The notes under the pieces are model-generated. The model did no database searches. It was not told the DNA's origin and saw nothing but the letters and a program-made list of their open reading frames with translations. A stretch of DNA of 54,132 bases, counting the filler, from Squatina squatina (lineage: Eukaryota): assembly GCA_031763465.1 (NCBI GenBank). It is 3 parts of 3 records of this genome, joined end to end, with 100 filler letters (N's around TTAATTAATTAA, not from the genome) between each part and the next. Parts side by side here need not be neighbours in the genome. Positions count along the whole stretch, not along the records: positions 38,480 to 54,132 come from JARFOE010000168.1; 2 more parts are not named here. One strand, written 5' to 3'. Shown here piece by piece: positions 49,801-54,132 of the stretch; within the stretch, counting starts at the first letter, position 1; the number at the start of each line of letters is the position of its first letter. Made by a program: the position numbers and the translations under genes.

Positions 49801-50489
49801 CCAGTGCCTGGCTCTGATATCTGCTCCCAGCCTGGAGGTGAGGGGTTATTTTTGCCACCTCACTCACATTGTAGAACAGAACATAAGGAAACACTTGTCA
49901 TCTTTAAAAAAATCCTCATTTTACATCCAGACCCTTTCCTTTCTCTTACTGTCGATCACAACATTTCTTGTTTTTTGCCATTTTACCAATGCTATTCTAC
50001 TCTGTCCCCTTACTTTTCCTTAAAAGCTGAAAAATATTATCATCACACAACTTTTCTCTTGCCTGTATGCTGATCTAGTTGAACCTAAGACTTGTGTCAC
50101 CATCCCTTACTCAAGTCATCACTTCCTAGAACCTCAAAACTGTGAAATGTCTTAGTTCCCTCAATCTTCCCTTCTAGTAATAGGCTTTTAAATGCCAAGC
50201 TGGGCCAGCGCCTACTCATTACTTAATAAATATCTTGTCTTCTCTCTCATTCTTTTCAGACTTGGTGGTATATGGTCTTGAGGGCTTTGGTACTTCATCT
50301 AGATTTCCCAATTGAAAGANNNNNNNNNNNNNNNNNNNNNNNNNNNNNNNNNNNNNNNNNNNNNNNNNNNNNNNNNNNNNNNNNNNNNNNNNNNNNNNNN
50401 NNNNNNNNNNNNNNNNNNNTTTTATTTCAGCATTGTGGCCAACAGGATGCTGTGATGGTCAGTAACAGAAGTAAGGTGTGGGAAAAATG

Positions 50490-50790
50490 TTGAAAGAGGA
50501 ATTGTGGTTGTGTTCACTGGTACTGCAGGCAGATGATTCGACCCTGGATATCCCGGCCAGAAAGGGGCTGTCTGGTTGCCTCCGTCCTTCCCCTTCCTCC
50601 TCTCTTGATCTCTTCTGCTTCTTCCTTTTCCTCCTCCTCCTCCTTCTCCTCCTCCCTCTGTGAGCAGCTTGTCCCCTTTGCTGCCTCTGCTCCATCTCCT
50701 TGTCATGCTGCAGCCAAGGGGCACTGCAACTATAGCCCCCAGGATTGGGAGCCAAGTGGTGTTGTCAGAGGCTTTCCTTTAAGAGCCAAA
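50490..50790 (-). mobile_element. Probable Harbinger transposase 5' relic
   Basis: Frameshifted GA.VAVPLG / LQHDKEMEQRQQRGQAAHRGRRRRR leader, downstream of a ttaaagg motif. Recognition is by recollection only. Confidence 0.45.
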
Positions 50791-51769
50791 GCCTTGAAAA
50801 CCTCCAGCAGCATTCCCTGCACTCCCTGCACAGTTTAACAACTTTTTAAATGTCTTACACCAAGCCACTACTTAAATACATGGTACAGGAACCAGTACAA
50901 AGGCAAAAATCTAAACTTACCTCAAAATTCCAGTGTCCCTTTAAGAAGCGCNNNNNNNNNNNNNNNNNNNNNNNNNNNNNNNNNNNNNNNNNNNNNNNNN
51001 NNNNNNNNNNNNNNNNNNNNNNNNNNNNNNNNNNNNNNNNNNNNNNNNNNNGCACCGTGAACCAATGTTCCCTTTTTGTTGCTGCACGGGGCCAGTTTTT
51101 TCAATGTGCGGTACCCTCGAATGTTTTTTGCGCTGTAGTCGAGAGCTTGTGGGCGTTCTGCGCGGCACCTTCAAGGTCGCTGCACACCCATGCACAGAGT
51201 AGCAGGGACATTACCGTGGAGCCAGGTTAGTTGTATGAAGTTGGTAGCAAAGGCAGCGAGAGCTGTTGTTAAACAGGTTTAATAGCAACATCAGAGTACT
51301 AAACTTACACAAGAGAATTGGTACAGGTTGCGTTTACAGTGCATTCAAACACAGTTCAGAATTACAGCAGTGACATGCCAGAGCGAAATTGCTGATTTTA
51401 TGCTGAATTGTAATCAGTTTGTGGTGTAAGCCTGTAGCCACAAGGAATTGTTTTTTTGTGGACATGCAAAAATGGACCGGTAAAAACCAGCTGATATATC
51501 AAACCCATCCGATCTTCAGATGGTGTATTTTTTGTTCACAATCATTACCATCTCCTTCCCCACCTCCACTCCCACCCCCTCTCCAATTTAGCCATGCAAT
51601 CTCTTGGGAGAGGCAAAAAAGAGAGAAAACCTTAGGTTAATTTAGGAAAACAAAACTCTGGGAAAAATTATTTTCTGACTCTCAAAGCCAGTCAAATGTG
51701 ACAACCTCTGATGACCCACCTACTTTCAATATGTAGATATTTTAGCCACTCTTGGGAACTTATTCTACT

Positions 51770-53385
51770 TATTCTGCTCCTTCTGAATACTTGCACTGAA
51801 TCTGCACTCACTGCATGTGCTAGCAACGATTCCAGGGGACTTTCTGCAAAGAGTACCGCCAAGCATCTAACCTAATTCTTTGTTTTCACAACTTATACTT
51901 GTGTGCCCTGGTCCATTGTAACCTATCCAGCTTGTTCACTTCAAGCAAGTCTAATTCTTTCATTATTTTAAGACCTCAATTAGCTTTCCTCAAATATATG
52001 CTTTTCTAAAGTAAAAAGCACTAACATCCTTGACCTGTCCTGATACCAAAGAGTCCTTAACCTATGTATCAATCTAGTGGCCATCCTCTGAACCTGTTCC
52101 AGGGTTTCCATATCCCCCAACCTTTGAGGGGATTAAAACTGGAATTCTAGATATGGCCTGACCAAGGCCTTACAAGGGACAAGGATATTATTTCCTGTTA
52201 TATACTTGATTGTCCTGGCAATACATCCTAGCACCCTGTTTACTTTTGCAGTCGTCTTGTGGCACTGGTCATGCACCTTCAGTGACTAATATGACAACCT
52301 CCAGGTCCTTCTAGTCAGCAGCCTTGAGCGTACAACCCTGCATGGTGTATACATGCTTGCAGTTGCCCTTACCTAAGTGCATCATGCTACATTTATCTAT
52401 ATTACAAGACATCTGCCGGGGAAGGGCCCATTTCCCAATTGCCTCAAGATCCATCTGAAATCTATTTTTATTATTTAAGGTCCCTAGGCATGTACATATC
52501 TTTGTGCCATCTGTGGAGTGGCAGATAGTTCCCCCAATGCATTCATCTAGATCGTTGATAAAGTTGAAGAGCAACAGCTCTAACAACGATCCCTGTAGGA
52601 TTCCATTAGTAAATGGCTCCCCTCATAGACCACTACCATTAATAACTACTTTCTGTGGAAATGCAAACAGTTCCTTAACCAGCCTTAAAACTGTCCACCA
52701 ATCCCACAAGACTTGACCTTTCTTAGTAGCCTTTTGCATAGCACTTTTTCAAAAGCTTTTTAGAAGTCTAAGTAGATAATGTCTATTGGGCTTTCCTCAT
52801 CCACCAACTTAATAACTTCTTCAAAAAATTAGATTTAACCTTTTTATGAAGCCATATTGGGTGGCCCCAATATCTCCCTTTCCATTCAAGCATTCATATA
52901 TTTCATCCCTAATGATTCTATCAAGCATCTTAGTTTTTACTAATGTCAAACTAATGGGCCCATCTTGTCACTTTTTTTTTAAAGATGGGGACTACATTAG
53001 CTTCCTTCCATTCTATAGGAACCATTCCAGACTGCAGGGAGCCATTAAAATACAGGCTAGGGGTTCGCACAGCACATGTCCTATCTCCCAGAGGATCCTC
53101 AGGTGGATATCATCCGGTCCAGGTGCTGTATCTATTAAGATCTTAATTCTTTCTAAAGCAATATCATCTATGTTAATATTACTAGTTTTGTTAGTAACAT
53201 TAGTAAATTCTACTGGTTGAGCACCGTCTTCAAGAGCGAAGACTGATGCAAAGTACTCATTCAATATTTCCGTCATACCCAGTGAGTCCTTCTGAACCGG
53301 TCCTTGAACATCCTTCAGTGGCCCAAACCAGTATGACAGTTCTGTGACTTAACATAACTGAAAAAGCTTTTCCCATTACTTTCAT
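51770..53385 (-). mobile_element. Decayed CR1 LINE ORF2 (RT), ~1.6 kb
   Basis: EILNEYFASVF...APGPDDIHLRIL.E; LLFNFINDLDECI...TDGTKI...FQMDL...CNIDKCSMMHLG. Many frameshifts. Confidence 0.9.
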
Positions 53386-53394
53386 AAATGTCTA

Positions 53395-54106
53395 GGGTGC
53401 AGAAATTGGGATCGGAGGCTTCCTGCAGGCGGATGCCTCTGACAATGAAAAAAATCTACGAATTTATCTGGTGGTCCGGGAGGTTCATAGGTTCACGTCC
53501 TGGGCCTCTATGCGTAGGGCTGCTTCGAGGCCCATGTGTCCCAGGTGCGGATGCGGTTTGCAAGCGCCCCTGGGATCACATGGGCTTGCCCAACCTATAA
53601 AAGAAGGAAAGCTCCATTCCATATGTATGGAATTACGATCAGTATGAATGGAGGTCACTTAAAAAATACACCAACACATGAAATATATTAAAAATACATA
53701 TTAAAAGTGAATTAAAATGCCATTTAATTAAATATTTTAAACAAATTTAATTTTTGAAAAAAAATGTTGTAATGGGGCTAAAAATAAACTTGCCTTAATG
53801 GACAGGGTTTTTAATGTATAGATGAGTGATGAAATGTTATCTTTCAATTTCTTAAAAACTCTTACATTGGTAAAAGCAGGCCTTATGCCTGCTTTTACCA
53901 GGCGTAAGATTTTCAAGGGCATTCGCTGGGCAAGTCACGAAGGCTCTTTTCTTTTGGATGCGTGCAATCTGTCAAGAGGATTCTTGATGGATCGCAAGTT
54001 CCGGGTTCAGCACAAGTGCAGTGCCTGCCTGAACCGAGAACTTGCGGGGCCCCTATAGGTGTGTGCACACCTCGTACGCACGTGTCGGCACTTCAAATTC
54101 AGCCCC
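53395..54106. mobile_element. Non-autonomous element (MITE-like) inserted at the edge of the CR1
   Basis: gggtgcagaaatt / aaattcagcccc imperfect termini, an AT-rich core and an internal 14-bp perfect inverted repeat. Confidence 0.6.
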
Positions 54107-54132
54107 AATGTTTACATTTAGTTTTATTTGTT

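Noticed and set aside
922-51230. Many ORFs containing X runs
   Set aside because: They are artefacts of translation across N spacers.

Overview
This is vertebrate genomic DNA. The repeat content (CR1/HER1-like LINEs, DeuSINE, Penelope and Harbinger relics) points to a cartilaginous fish. It is a fragmented draft scaffold of short contigs joined mostly by 100-N spacers; two spacers carry an artificial TTAATTAATTAA linker. Positions 1-22 kb hold isolated exons of a human-17q25-like gene block: ACOX1(-), EVPL(-), SRP68(-), GALR2(+), NAT9(+) and USH1G(-). After the first linker there is one TRPM6/7 alpha-kinase exon, then about 31 kb of gene-poor sequence with transposon relics and possible conserved non-coding elements. 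No gene is complete. I found no convincing undescribed biological system. The most notable observations are a ~910 bp non-homologous segment that replaces part of the EVPL rod exon in frame (probably a gap-fill artefact), a second chimeric junction in USH1G, a non-AG acceptor in SRP68, decayed Penelope hammerhead-ribozyme motifs including a head-to-head palindrome, Harbinger Myb/SANT relics that keep their exon-intron structure, and one unassigned candidate exon. Gene and repeat identifications rest on recalled sequences, not on database searches.
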